The position numbers were made by a program, and so were the translations under genes. From contig JBHGNT010000002.1 in NCBI GenBank assembly GCA_043228905.1, forward strand, positions 9,982,001 to 10,046,000: DNA of 64,000 nucleotides, read 5' to 3'. Shown here piece by piece: positions 1 through 13,216 of this stretch. The notes beneath the pieces are model-generated. The model had not been told where the DNA came from. It ran no database searches and saw only the letters and a list, made by a program, of their open reading frames with translations. The DNA is from Azolla caroliniana. Lineage: Eukaryota; Plantae; Polypodiophyta. Each line of letters opens with the position of its first letter. Position 1 is the first letter of the stretch.

Positions 1-1179
1 ATTAGATAATGGAGAAATGACGCAAAAAGATGACAACAAATTTCCGGATGCGGACATCCTGTGTATAGCAACTTTAGCAGCAAGAACAGGAAAGACTTTC
101 CCGGATCGATGGTTGATGGAAATGACCTACTTTCTGACCATGGGGTTGCCACCACCACAATTAAGGACGAACGAGAAAAAACGGCTAGTCGGACGGAGTT
201 GTAATTTCTGTTTAGTCGAAGACGTCCTATATCACAAAGGCAGTGACGAAATCTGGAGGCCCGAGGTTACGGCTCGAGAAATCTGGCAAGTAGGACTTTG
301 TTGGCCGACTACACAAAAGGATGCGTATGAATATTGCAAACAATGCGATTTATGCCAACGGATGGGCCAACCCACGGAAGTCGCGCGAATGCCACATCAA
401 CCTACGGATTACTGCACCAAGTGGGTAGAAGCGAAACCACTACGCAAAAATACCGCGACAGTCATGACGAAATTCCTTTATGAACATATATGGTGTCATT
501 TTGGCTACCCTATTGAGCTCATTAGTGACCAAGGGAGTCACTTTCTGAATACGGTCATCAACAAACTGACCCAACACTACGCCGTGGTCTTCAAAAAGAG
601 TATGCCGTATTACCCACAGGCAAAAGGCTTGGCCGAATCCACGAACAAAACATTACAAACTATCCTCAAAAAGATAGTCAATGAGAACAGAACAGATTGG
701 GATACCAAATTGCACAACGCATTATGGGCATATCGAACCGGCTATAAGACCAACATACAATCCACGCCTTTAAGGCTAGCATTTGGGCTGGAGGCCGTAA
801 TGTTAGTCGAATTCCAGGTACCCAGTATGCGGATTCAAGTACGAGACCAGCTGCTAGAGGACAAATATGAACAAATACGACTACAACAATTGCTAGAACT
901 AGGCGAAACCTGGGTACGCAATATGGCCATATCGCAACAAGAACAGTGGCGGCGCAAAGCATTCGTGGACCAACATCAACATGCACGTGAAAAGGATTTT
1001 ACGGTCGGGAAGGCGGTATTAGTTTTTCAAACATGCATGGGGCAAATGCTAGGAAAATGAAGATTCCACTGAACAGGCTTGTACCGGATAGTTGGAGCGG
1101 AAAACGACACGTTTTAACTTAGTACCTTGGCCGGAGAGGTGCTCCGACAAAAGGTGAATGGGTTTCACTTGAAACCTAC
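1..1179 (+). pseudogene. Degenerate Gypsy integrase fragment (same non-chromovirus family as elements E/F)
   Basis: ORF 17..1060 has CKQCDLCQR, TDYCTKWVEA, ISDQGSHF, YYPQAKGLAESTNK and ALWAYRT, with internal deletions. It joins the next element at about 1177-1180 (TAC microhomology) with no LTR. Confidence 0.9.
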
Positions 1180-1989
1180 ATTGAGCATGAGTTCCGTAGA
1201 TCATCCTCAATCTGATGTACAAAGTGAATGAGTTAATCAAATTATTGACGATATGCTTCAAGCTTATGTAGCAAAAATCCCTTCTAAGTGGGACCAATAC
1301 CTTCCTATCTTAGAATTTGCCTATAATACCTCTAAACATACATCCACTGGATATAGTCCTTTTATGTTGATGTATGGTTTTCAGCCACGTGCCCCAGTTG
1401 ATGTCAAGATTCATCGTGATACATTAGACAGTACATGCAATTTTTTGCAAGACATGAACCAAATGTTGCATATTGCCAAAGAGAATGTCAAGACAACTCA
1501 AGATCGTGCTCGATTTTATGTTGATAAGGATAGACGTCCTCATGCATTTACTATTGGTCAAAAAGTTTTTTTGCGTGTCCCTACTTACTCTACGTCATTG
1601 TCTACGGGCAAGTGCGCTAAGTTAGCCCCACGATATTGTGGCCTATTTGAAATCCTTAAGCGGGTTCGGTCATCTGCTTATCACCTTTCCTTACCCCGTA
1701 ACGTTGGTATTCATCCTGTTTTTCACGTTAGTCGTCTAAAACCATTTTTAGGCTCTGGTGATAACACCATCACAATCCAAGATCTTGTAACATTAGAGAA
1801 TTTTTCTTACAAACCTCATGTTCCTGAACGAATTCTTGAATCTCGTACTAAACGTTTACGTTCTAAAGAGATTCGGCTATTCAAGATAAAATGGATGGGT
1901 AAACCTATTGATAATGCCACATGGGAATGTGAGCATACTCTTAAGGCACAATTTCCTAACTTTATATTGCAAGAGTGCAATCTTTATAT
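1180..1989 (+). pseudogene. Chromovirus Gypsy integrase C-terminus with chromodomain
   Basis: Motifs DHPQSD, LPILEFAYN, KLAPRYCG, IHPVFHVSRLK, then chromodomain-like PERIL..KIKW..ATWE. Homologous to 29110-29560. Confidence 0.88.
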
Positions 1990-2762
1990 TTCCTCTGCCA
2001 CCATCCGAACTCGAGAATAACATTTGTCCTTTCGATGTCTTGGTTTTGGTTTGGATGTGGTACTCTTCAACCATTAGCATTGATTGAAGGTTGAAGAACG
2101 AAGGAGGATTTTCCCTTGCCAAGATTGTCGTCCTCAACGAGTCGAATTGTTGTGCGAGGCCGCCTGGGCATACTTGAACCATCTCGTCTTCATCGACGTT
2201 TATTTTGATGTTCTTGATCTTGGCGGTGTAGTTCGACACGGACATGTCTTGTTGCCAAATGTTGTTCAGCTCTTGTCGGAGTTGACGCTTTCGGGCGATC
2301 GTGTTGGTAGTGAACATTTTCTTTAAGTTCTCCCATGGCTCTTTGGGCGTCTTGGTGTCTCGAATGTGATTAAGCATGTGGTCATGGACACATGTTGCCA
2401 AGCAATACATGACTCGAGTCGCCGCTTGCTCCCATGTTGAGTAGTTGGCATTCTTTGGGTTGGGTTGATTTTCTTGAGAACCATTGATATAGCTCCAATA
2501 CCCTTGGCCGACGAGGTATTGGGTCATCTTGTACTCCGAAGATGAATAATTGCTCAGGTCTAGCTTTTCACTAGGGAGAGAGCTACCCATTTGTGTGTTC
2601 ATTTTGATTGTAGTGTCTTCTCTTCTTTTGCTTTTCTTCCTTTGATCACGTACACGTGCTACGTAGCGGCACTAAGGTAGCCGATAGCCGGATTTTGTTG
2701 TCGGCGTCTTGAACACACAATCATGAAGAGGCAGATGGGCTTAGTGGAGTGCTAAACCACAC

Positions 2763-2774
2763 GCTCTGATACCA
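2763..2774 (-). promoter_or_regulatory. Primer-binding site, tRNA-iMet
   Basis: TGGTATCAGAGC on the minus strand, immediately after the LTR end. Confidence 0.9.
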
Positions 2775-2873
2775 TGTTAAGAATTAGGTGATTAATTAAG
2801 GGTTAATTAGTGCCTAATTATGTGATTAAGTTAAGCGGAAGATTAAGTGATATGTGTGTGTATGTGTGTGAGA

Positions 2874-2876
<3 letters not shown>

Positions 2877-2939
<63 letters not shown>
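2877..2939. repeat. (GA)n microsatellite inside LTR
   Basis: Pure AG run of about 30 units. Confidence 0.95.
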
Positions 2940-2943
<4 letters not shown>

Positions 2944-3309
2944 TGAACAACACAAGATGGGGGATGAGTAACTATATATTAAATTAGCATCAACATCATC
3001 ATCAAATAGAAAAATACCCACAATGAGGTATATATAGATCTCATGTGCAAGGGTGAACATGTGTGAGGATAATATAGGTACAAAAGTGTAAGTCCTATAT
3101 TAAATGTACTTAGGAGTGGAGGATCTAGAATATCTCACTTAAGTACACGGTCCTATTTAAACCGTTATAGTCAACACTTCTAACTAGATTCTATCTCGGT
3201 AACTACGAAGTTACATGGTTGACTAAATAACTAACTCTAGTTGAGCTTGATCTCTCAACATATCTTATATCCTTATCATATGCTTACGTTAGACCATCGC
3301 TCTAATAGT

Positions 3310-3321
3310 TGGTATCAGAGC
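3310..3321 (+). promoter_or_regulatory. Primer-binding site, tRNA-iMet (chromovirus)
   Basis: TGGTATCAGAGC. Confidence 0.85.
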
Positions 3322-4669
3322 TTATGTTTCTAATGTTTCTTTTGTTGGTTTTTGTTGTCTTCTTGATGGATGGTGATTGATCGACGTGCAGTTGACCTTG
3401 ATGCAGATCGCGATCAACAAAGGAACTTCGGTAATTCTTTCTTATTTTTTTTCTATTCTTTCTTCTCCCAATCTAATCATGTATAGTCAATATGTGTTTT
3501 CTTTTATTGATTCAATGATGTTGTAGTGGTAATTAATTGGTTGTATAAAATGTTTACATATACATGTATGAGGTCAATACCTCATTTGACATATATTTGA
3601 TATGTGATATGTTCACATACATATGCGTTTGGTGGCGTATGTGTATGAGGTCAATATCTCGATTTCTAAGTAAATGACATGCGTTTAGTGTCGTATGCAT
3701 AAGAGGTCAATACCTCAATTGTGTATTACGATTAACCCTTATTTTTGGATGTTTTGTGTGTGTAGAGGCTATATGCCTCGATTAAATATCTCGATTACAT
3801 CATTGTTGGCTATTTGATATTACGATTTTTTTTAATATATGCATATGTGGTCACGTGTATACATATTTGATCGTATATATGTGATAAATATACATATTTG
3901 TATATTAGTTATTATGTGATTTCTATATCATATGTGTATATTCGGGGAAAGGATCTTGGTGGCCGTCCTCACATTTTTGTGAGAATGGCGTAGTCACCAC
4001 CCTTTTTTCAACAAATTTTTTTGTTGACATCCCCGTTGGTCACTTCGATTTCGTTATGTAATGAAACGATCATAGCCACAATGATGTTGAGAACGTAGGG
4101 CTTCACCCACTTCATGTGAGGTCGCTCCTACGACACACATATCCAACATCCCTCCCTCATTACATGGATATGATGCCACCATGAGATCATTCTTACGAAA
4201 CCATGTGATGGGCCACGTGGGCCTACTACGAAGAGAGGGTTCATTTGGCTTGACCATTAGGTTGCCATTTGGTGTATGCCATCATAATTATGAGACTTGA
4301 GGTTAGGTAACGTACCAATATAGTTTGCAGTAAACGAGAGGGAAATAAGGAATCTTGACATATATGTTTCTTTTAAGAAAACATTTATGGGCAAATGCCT
4401 CACATATCTCTTATACGCATAAAACATTCAACATTCAACACGAGCAACCTATTTGGTTAGCTCAAGTGTTTAATGCATTTGCTCTAGAGGTCTCGAGTTC
4501 AAATATGACCAAGACATACAATAAATGATGGTTCACCATGACACTCATTGGGTCTATTAGTCTCACGTTGTAAACTAATGACACGTGCCTCGAGAGCACT
4601 TTGAGATTGCCGAAGTTCGGACATCTAATGCGCAGTTGAACTAAGGAAATGTTGTATTTGTAAAAAATA

Positions 4670-6562
4670 CGACTCAATGGACATTGGTCCAGGAGGATTT
4701 CCTTCGAAGAGGCCGTTGAAATAGTTCTTTGCTATCAACGCACTTTGAAGAAGGACCATAACAAACCCAACAAAGCGCCCGGAACTAAGCAGTCGCAATT
4801 CATTGGGAAACGCAAGATACCCAACGAATTCATCGATCGCGATTGTAAACGACAACATCCTTTTTGCGTATTCTGCAAAAAGAAGGGTCATACAAAAGAA
4901 CAATGTCGAAAGCTCCAACGGAAAGAGCACGACAACAAAGCAAAAGTTACAGACCATAAAGGTCAGATTCCTAATGTCCTTGAGGTCTATACATATCATT
5001 TAAGTAATTGTCAATGTTCTTTCTCACACTATGTATTGGGACCCAATGATTTACTACGTGCAAACGGGTATATCAATGGATCTCCCGTACAATTTTTATT
5101 TGATTCGGGAAGCTCACACAATTTTGTGAATGATCGTTTGGTTCAGATATGGAGAATCCAACCCACTGTAAGTGATCACACCAACGGGTGCACTTGGCTG
5201 ATAGAAGAGTACAATACATCAACGGGGCAATTCATTCATTAGGAATTTCTATTGATACTTATATAGAGGAAGTAGAATTCCATGTAATGAATCCTTGTAC
5301 CACTGATGTAATACTGGGTTATCCTTGATTTTTTAATAAAAACTCTTCTTTATCTATTGATTGGGTTCATCATTCAATTACTTTTGTATTGAACGATTGT
5401 ACTCATTTGATTCAATGTGTTAAAAAGCAATCTCTTTCGATTGTTTCATGTCCATCAATATCCAACATGTCTTGTTCTACTTTATTTTATTGTGTACTTG
5501 ATCCGAACATTCACGTTTACAATATCGATAATGTCTCGGTTCAATTATCATATTTTGAACAACTAAACTCAATGAAATCTTAAATGATTTTCGTGATGTT
5601 TTTCCAAGTGAACTACCACATGGGTTACCTCCTAAACATAATATAGACCATCTTATAGATATTGTAACTCGTGTTGCACCAATAAGTATACTTCCTTATC
5701 GCTTAAGTCGATCCGAGGAGGATGAGGTTTCTAAGCAACTCAAGGACTATTTACGAATGGGTTATATACATTGTAGTGAATCTCTATGGGGTGCACTTAT
5801 TCTCTTGGTAAAAAAGAAAGAGGGCACATGGTGTATGTGTATTAATTACCGACGCCTGAATAAAGTGACGATCAAGAATTCATATCCATTGCCCCGGGCT
5901 GATGATCTAATTGACCTTCTCTAGGGAATTCGGTATTTTTCGAAACTTGATCTTTGTACGGGCTACCATCAAATTCGTATAAGTGAGGACGATGTTCCTA
6001 AAATGACATTTCATACATGCTATGGCCATTATGAGTTTTTGGTTATGCCTTTTGGTTTGACCAATGCTCCGGCCACATTTCAACAAGAAATGAATGACAT
6101 TTTCCGAGAACAACTTGGAAAATTTGTCATTATTTTCTTAGATGATATTTTAGTTTATAGTCGTACATTAGAAGAACATGCTAAACATGTCCGCTTTGTT
6201 TTACAAACATTGTGCAACAAGCAATTCTATGCGAAGATCTCAAAATGCGAGTTCTTCAAGAAATCAATTACTTATCTTGGACATCTCATAACCGAACAGG
6301 GAGTTGAAATTGATCCTTCTCGCATCGAGAAAATCAAACTTTGGCCCACTCTTCGGAATATTCGAGAAGTTCGATCATTCCTTGGTTTTGTCGGGTTTTT
6401 GCAAAAATCCCTTCGTAATTACTCCCAATTGAAGACGTCGTTTACTGACCTTCTAAAAGGTCAAACGCGTAAGTCTACAAAACCTATTGTGTGGAATGCT
6501 ACACTAGAGCTCACCCTTAAGGAACTCAAGGACTTGGTGTGCAAGGCTCATTCTCTTCTTTT
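4670..6562 (+). pseudogene. Chromovirus gag C-terminus, protease and RT (stops and frameshifts)
   Basis: SMDIG, zinc knuckle CVFCKKKGHTKEQC, protease FLFDSGSSHNF, RT VMPFGLTNAPATFQ and FLDDILVYS. Confidence 0.9.
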
Positions 6563-6962
6563 TGTTGAGAAACAAGCACAACAAAGGTATGTGATGCATA
6601 TTGGTAAGTGAGATCTTCTATAGTAGCTATTAGGAAATTAGCTACTAGTGGACATAAAGGTGAAACAACTATTTAGTTATCTACAACTATTTAGCTACTC
6701 AAACTAATTAGCTGCATATGTAAGTGATTTATAACTTAGGTAAAAAGTGAGAGAAAGAATATAGCGTACTGAGAGTAGAGAATAGAAGAATAGAAAACTG
6801 ACGAGAGTGAATTGAGCTATGCGTGTAATGAAATAGAAGAAGCTTTTTGGTTTGTTACACACAGGTAAGTCTCCTTCCCCCTTTCTTTATCTTGAGCACA
6901 CTAACGATCCAGCACATCACGATCTAATGTGCACAAAGAAGAGCCGGAGTGCCTTCGTAACA
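6563..6962 (+). repeat. Copia A 5' LTR (400 bp)
   Basis: TGTTGAGAAAC...CGTAACA followed by TGGTATCAGAGC. Matches 22183-22426 plus 27853-28047. Confidence 0.93.
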
Positions 6963-7050
6963 TGGTATCAGAGCACAGTTGCTCGTAAAGAAGATTAGAA
7001 CAATACAGATTTGAGAAGTTTGTTTCTAGTTGTTGATCTGAATTAGAGAT

Positions 7051-7898
7051 TTGTCTGTGAAGTTAATTGTAACAAAAGCCCTATTTGAAAGAGAGAGGGG
7101 AAGCCAAATAGTCACAGGAAAGCTAGATAAAAACAATTTCTCAGCATGGAAATTCAAAATGACAAATTTCCTGATGGGAAAAGGCTACTGGGATTACATT
7201 GAAGGAGACCTGGAAGACGCTCCAGAGATCCCTAAAGAAAATGCAACTGCTACATAGATTAAAGCATTTAAGGAATGGAATCAAGGGGCAAGGAAAGTAT
7301 TGCATTGGCTGTCACTTAGCATCTTAGATTCGATGCTTGGACACATACAAGATGTTTTGCTTCCAAAAGAAGCTTGGTATAGTTTGGTAAAAATTTTTGC
7401 AGTAAACACAAAGGCTAGAAAGCTTTAGTTGAAGACTGAGCTAAATACTTTGGAAAAAGGTAAGATGTCAATTAATGAGTATGCTCTGAAAATAAAGAGC
7501 ATATGTGAATTACTTGCTTCTATTAATGTGAAGGTAGAAGATGATGATAAGGTGGAAATATACTTAAGAGGCTTAGGAACTCAATATAAAAGCTTCAAAA
7601 CATCTATTCTCACAAGGGATAGCATCCGAAGTTTTCTAGATTTGGTTTCAATGCTTGTAGTGGAAGAAAGAAATCAGATGGATGATGTAAACAAAGGAAA
7701 CTCTGAGATTGAGTGGCAAGTCCTCGACAATAGTGTTTGAAGAGGCCGAGGAAGAGGCCATGGAAGATTTGGTTCAGCTAGAACCAACAACAATTATCAA
7801 GGAAGAGGACAACAAGTTGTAAGTGGAAGAAACAACATCAGAGGAAAGGGGAGCAATCGAGCCAGAGGTAAGCTAACTTATTTGAATGATGATGGTTG
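7051..7898 (+). pseudogene. Copia A gag, interrupted at the zinc knuckle by Copia B
   Basis: KLDKNNFSAWKFKM..GYWDYI. The knuckle C|WYCGKLGHTQVEC resumes at 18681. Confidence 0.88.
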
Positions 7899-7979
7899 TG
7901 TTGGGAATATGTCCCTCCAGTGGGAGGAACCGACTATTTGGAAGTAGTCGACACAAAGATTGGATTGTCTGAACAGATG

Positions 7980-8012
<33 letters not shown>

Positions 8013-8421
8013 GTAATCATAATAATCAATGATATGTAGTAGTGGCTACAATTGTAAATTGATATATACGATGTATCTGTAGATATATATTTCTAGGGCA
8101 AACAGACGTGAGTGAGGAGTGCGCAAGAGAGAGAGAGAAGGAAAGAGAGAGCGGCACCATAGTTGTGGCGTAATAGCAGACACCAAGAAACCTATGCGGT
8201 TGATACACTCAAAATCAGAGTGTTGTAATCTCTGTCATTGACATCCACCGTATAGTGAAGTTTTTGTTCACCCGTGGTTTTCTCCCGGTTTCTAGGTTTC
8301 CATGTAAATCTCTGTGTACTGTGTCGTTGTGTGGCTGTGTTGTGTATTTTCAGTATCGTTTGATCTTGTGGTTTTACGAATCGATTCTCAATAGAGTGGT
8401 ATCAGAGCTTGAGGTGCAAGC

Positions 8422-11400
8422 ATGGAAGGAGGTGTGAGCGCCTTCCTAGGCATGATAGTTCTAAACTCACAGAACTATGCAGACTGGAAGATAAAGATGG
8501 AGGACCTTCTCATAGTGAAAGACCTGTACAAGCCAGTCAACAGAGCAGATATACCCAGGGGGTTATTGGAGTCAGATTGGAAACTTCTTAACAGAAAGGC
8601 GGTGGCCACCATCTGAGAATGTGTCGACGTAAGTGTCTTGCAACATGTAGTGAACGACACAAATGCACATGAGATGTGGCAGAAGTTGTCGGGTCTATAT
8701 GAGAGGAAGAACGCGCTCAATAGAACCTCACTGATGAGAAAGATCGTACAGCTGAAATACAAGGACAGTGAGAGCATTGTCGAACACATCAACACATTCA
8801 TGGGGTATGTGAATCAACTTGCTACAACCAAGTTTCCCCTGGATGATGCGATGCAGGCCATCCTGCTGATGTGCACACTGCCGGATAGCTGGGAGAACCT
8901 GGTGGTCACTCTCAGCACCTTTTGTCAAAAAGAGAACTTGTCTTTACAAACTGTAAAGAGAAGCATCCTAAATGAGGAGGCAAGGAGGAAGGACAAGGGA
9001 GTCATGTTCCAGTCGGAGTCGAATGTAACACAACATTCGGACAGAGGAAGGAACTGGCAAAGAAGTCCACCAAGGAGAGAAAAGTCCCAAGACAAATCGA
9101 AGTCTAGAGGTAAGCTAGTGTGCTTTTACTATGGTAAACCTAGACACTTCCAGAAGGACTGCCGACACATGAGAAAAGGCAAGGGTGTCGGAAACAATGT
9201 TGAACCCAAGAAGATTCCTGATGAGAAGAACACTTCTGCCATTGCTACGAGCAATGAAGAACTGTTGTTCATCTATGAACAGACAAGTGCAAATCTTGCA
9301 AGTGAAGAATGCACTTGGGTGATCAATTCCAGGGCATCGTTCCACATAACTCCGTCGAGAGAGTATTTCTTGACTTACATAGTCGGAGATCACGGTTATG
9401 TGAAAATGGGTGATAGTGGAGAGTGCAAGATAGTCGGAGTCGGAAGTGTCCACTTGACGACGTCGACAGGGTGTCGACTGACTCTGAAGGATGTTTGACA
9501 TGTCCCCAATATTAGATTGAATCTAATATCTACTAGAAGGTTAGATGATGAAGGCTATAGTGGTAGCTTTTGGAATGGCAAGTGGAAGTTCTGCCGAGGA
9601 AATCTTGTAGTGGCCCGAGCATAGAAAGAAGGCACCTTATATATGATGCATGCCTGACTATGCAAATCGAAAGTAAATGTGGCAGTCGACTCGGCAGGAG
9701 AAATATGGCATAAGAGGCTAGGACACATGAGTGAGAAGGGAATGCACCTACTAGCAGACAAGAAACTTCTACCAGAAGTCAAGGGAGTGCACCTGGAGAA
9801 GTGCGTCGACTGCTTAGTCGGAAAGCAGAATAGAGTAGCATTCCACAAGATCACCGAGGAGAAGAGAAGTACCACTGGAACTAGTACACACGGACGTGTG
9901 CTATGTGGATGGTCCATTGTATCGAGGTGGACAGTACTTTGTGACGTTCATTGACGACTACAGTCGGAAGACATGGGCCTTCGTATTGAAGTCGAACGAT
10001 CAAGTACAGTCATTGTTCGTTCAAGGAGTTCCAAGCAAGAGCCGAAAGAGAGTCGGGTCGGAAGTTGAAGGCAGTTCGAACCGACAACGGTGGCGAGTAT
10101 AGAGGGAAATTTGAGGAATACTGCACGTGCCAAGGTATTCTGATCAAATACACAGTGCCAAAGACCCTAGAGTTGAACGGGCTTGCAAAGAGGATGAATC
10201 GAACAATCATGGAGAGGGTAAGGAGCATGCTCTCTCATGCGAAACTGCTGAAATCCTATTGGGCTGAGGCGACGTACACAATTGTTTATCTTATCAATAG
10301 GTTTCCCTCAACACCATTAAAGGGCGATGTCCCATAGAGAGTGTGGATAGGGAAGGATGTCTCCTACCAATACCTGAGGGTGTTCGGATGTTTGGGGTAT
10401 ATGCATGTACCAAAGGATCAGAGGTCAAAGCTCGACGTTAAGTCGAAGGCATGCATACTCATGGGATACTTGGAAGATGAGTTCGGCTATAGGCTATGGG
10501 ATCTGGTTGACAAGAAGGTAGCGAGAAATCGGGGTGTAGTCTTTCTTGAAGATAAGATGATTGAAGACTGGAAGCAACAGAAGTCGGATACAACTCCCTA
10601 GTCAAACTCGACTATCGTCGATCTAAGGTTAAGTGAACCAACAATGTTAGCTGTTCGGAGACGGCCAGTCGGCATAGGCGAATCCGAGTCGACCAACTCG
10701 GAGAGACCGACCGACTGTGAGTCAGAGTCGACAGAGCTGCTAAGGTCAATTGAATAGTATGAGTTGGAGTCATCCAACCTGGAGATGCCGATTGACGTGC
10801 AGGAACCCGAGTGAAGAGAAGAGTTGGTAGAGACATCCGAAAGAGAGCCAACAACAAGTGGAAGGAGATACCCACTCAAAGAAAGGAAAGCACCGACAAC
10901 ATATGCCAATCAATACATCCTCTTGACTGATGAAGGTGAACTAGAGTGCTATGAAGAAGCCATTGCCGACGAGCACAGAGCGAAATGGCTGAGCGCGATG
11001 CAAGATGAGTTGGAATCCTTCCACGAGAATTACACCTACGACCTGGTAGAGCTACCGAAAGGTAAGAGAGAACTCAGGAATAAATGGGTCTACAAGGTGA
11101 AGACGGGAGAAGCCGACAGTGAGCCCAGGTATAAAGCCCGCATAGTGGTGAGGGGTTTTCAACAAAAAATGGGCGTCGACTTCGACGAAATATTCGCACC
11201 AGTCGTAAAGATGACATCCATTCGAACTGTTCTGAGTATAGTGGCTAGCATGGACCTGGAGATCGAACAGTTAGATGTCAAAACCACATTCTTACACAGG
11301 GAGCTAGAAGAAGAAATCTACATGTAGCAACCCGAAGGCTTTGAGGAGAAAGGGAAAGAGAACCTGGTATGTCGACTGAAGAAAAGCTTGTATGGTCTGA

Positions 11401-12434
11401 AACAAGCTCCACGCCAATGGTACAAGAAGTTCAAGTCCTTCATGATGGAACACCAATTCCAGAAAACATAGGCCGATCAATGTGTGTTTGTCAAAAGGTA
11501 CGAAGAAGGAGACTTCTTGATGCTCTTGTAATATGCTGATGACATGTTGATAGTTGAACAAGACACAAAAAGGATCGGAAGCTTGAAGAAAGCCCTAAGC
11601 AGGTCGTTTGCCATGAAAGACCTTGGACCGGCTGAACTGATCTTAGGAATGTACATAGTTCGAGACAGAACTCAAAAGGTGCTATGGTTGTCACAACCAA
11701 AGTATGTGACGAAGATCCTAGAAAGATTCAACATGTCGGACGCAAAGCCGTCGGCTCGGTGTTGCTGACAAATTGCAGGTTGAATGCAAAGCAGTGCCCG
11801 AAAGGGGAGAAGGAAAAGGTTGAGATGAGGATGGTACCATATGCCTCGGCCGTCAGCAGTTTAATGTATGCTATGGTCTGCATGAGACCAGACATAGCAT
11901 TTGTTGTGGGAGCATTAAGCCGATATATGAGTAATCCAGGAAGAGAACATTGGGCAGTGGTGAAGTGGATACTCAAGTACCTAAAAGGCACCTCAAGGGT
12001 GTGTCTAGGGTATGGTGTCAAAAAACTTGTGCTGGGAGGTTTTACTGACTCAGATATATCGGGAGGTGTAGACTCAAGTCGATCCACATCAGGGTACGTG
12101 ATGACCTATGGAGGGGGAGCAGTGTCGTGGCAATCACGACTGCAGAAGTTTGTAGCCTTGTTGACTACATGCAGAGTATATGGCAGCGGTAGAGGCCAAC
12201 AAAGAGCTGATCTGCATGAGAAATTTTCTCCACGAGCTAGGGATGAAGCAGAGGGAGTTCTTGCTTTACTGTGACAGCCAGAGTGCCATACATCTTGCCA
12301 AGAATGCTGCATATCACTCCCGGACCAAGCACATACAGAGAAGGTATCACTGGTTGCACGAGAAGGTCAAAGAAGGAGAGTTCACACTTGTGAAGATCCA
12401 CGCGGATAACAATGGATCCGACATGCTCACGAAG
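8422..12434 (+). pseudogene. Copia B gag-pol, many premature stops
   Basis: NYADWKIKMEDLL, WHKRLGHMSEKG, FIDDYSR, RTDNGGEY, YKARIVV, HSRTKHI..SDMLTK. The tail resumes at 18065. Confidence 0.92.
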
Positions 12435-13206
12435 TGATGGAAAATGAATCGACACTTTCCAAACTTCACCTCTCGGCCACAACCAAGGAAACACACGAAT
12501 CGTTGTTGCAGAAAAATGGGAAATGCGAAAAATAGAATGGACACACGATTTAACGTGGAAAACCCTGTACGGGAAAAACCACGGGAGTACAAGACTCCGA
12601 ACCAAAACTATGCACAGAGAAATATACAATGGCGAGCTGCAAGGCGACGACCTTGAGGTCGCTGTCCTCGCCACAGGCGGCGGAAATACACAGAGGCGTC
12701 GACCTCTTCCTCTCTCACACTCTATCTCTCTCGCGGCTACTCTCTCTTCACTCCTCTTGAGTGGAAAAAACAGAGAAATGATAAGCAACAACATTTAAAC
12801 TGTTTGCCCTAAGTCATATTTATACACATATGACTTTCAGGCTATTTACAAATATAGCCTCAAGGGCTCTTGGCAAACATATTCACAAATATGTCCCCGC
12901 ATCCGGATCTCTCTCCGGGTACATTCGTCATCCGGCTCCGTAATCGGGGTCTTCAGCATCCGGTTCCGTAACCGGGGTCTTCATCATCCGGCTCCGTAAC
13001 CGGGGTCTTCATCATCCGGCTCCGTAGCCGGGGTATTCATCATCCGGCTCCGTAACCGGGGTCTTCATCATCCGGCTCCGTAACCGGGGTCTTCATCATC
13101 CGGCTCCGTAGCCGGGGTCTTCATCATCCGGCTCCGTAGCCGGGGTATTCATCATCCGATTCCCGGATATCCGACAATCCCATCCGGAGGGACCGTAATC
13201 CCAACA
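12435..13206 (-). repeat. Copia C 3' LTR
   Basis: Direct repeat of 17288-18059, adjacent to the PPT. Confidence 0.97.
12928..13158. repeat. 28-bp tandem repeat x8 in U3 (second copy 17781-18011)
   Basis: Unit TCATCCGGCTCCGTA(A/G)CCGGGGT(C/A)TTCA. Confidence 0.95.
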
Positions 13207-13216
13207 AACTCCCCCT

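Larger units (their letters stand above)
1990..3260 (-). mobile_element. 3'-truncated Copia: 5' LTR 2775-3260, PBS and gag start
   Basis: The minus-strand LTR starts TGTTGAGAGATCAAGCTCAA and ends TTAACA. PBS at 2763-2774. Copia gag runs 2602 to about 1990 (EKLDLSNY..YLVGQGYW..LRQELNN). Confidence 0.88.

Noticed and set aside
1170-1200. Functional chimeric Gypsy (also junctions near 29564 and 49481)
   Set aside because: These are LTR-less joins between decayed fragments, best explained as deletions.
12928-13158. 28-bp palindromic repeats resembling a CRISPR array
   Set aside because: The units are contiguous with no unique spacers, are duplicated in both LTRs of a eukaryotic Copia, and no cas genes are present.
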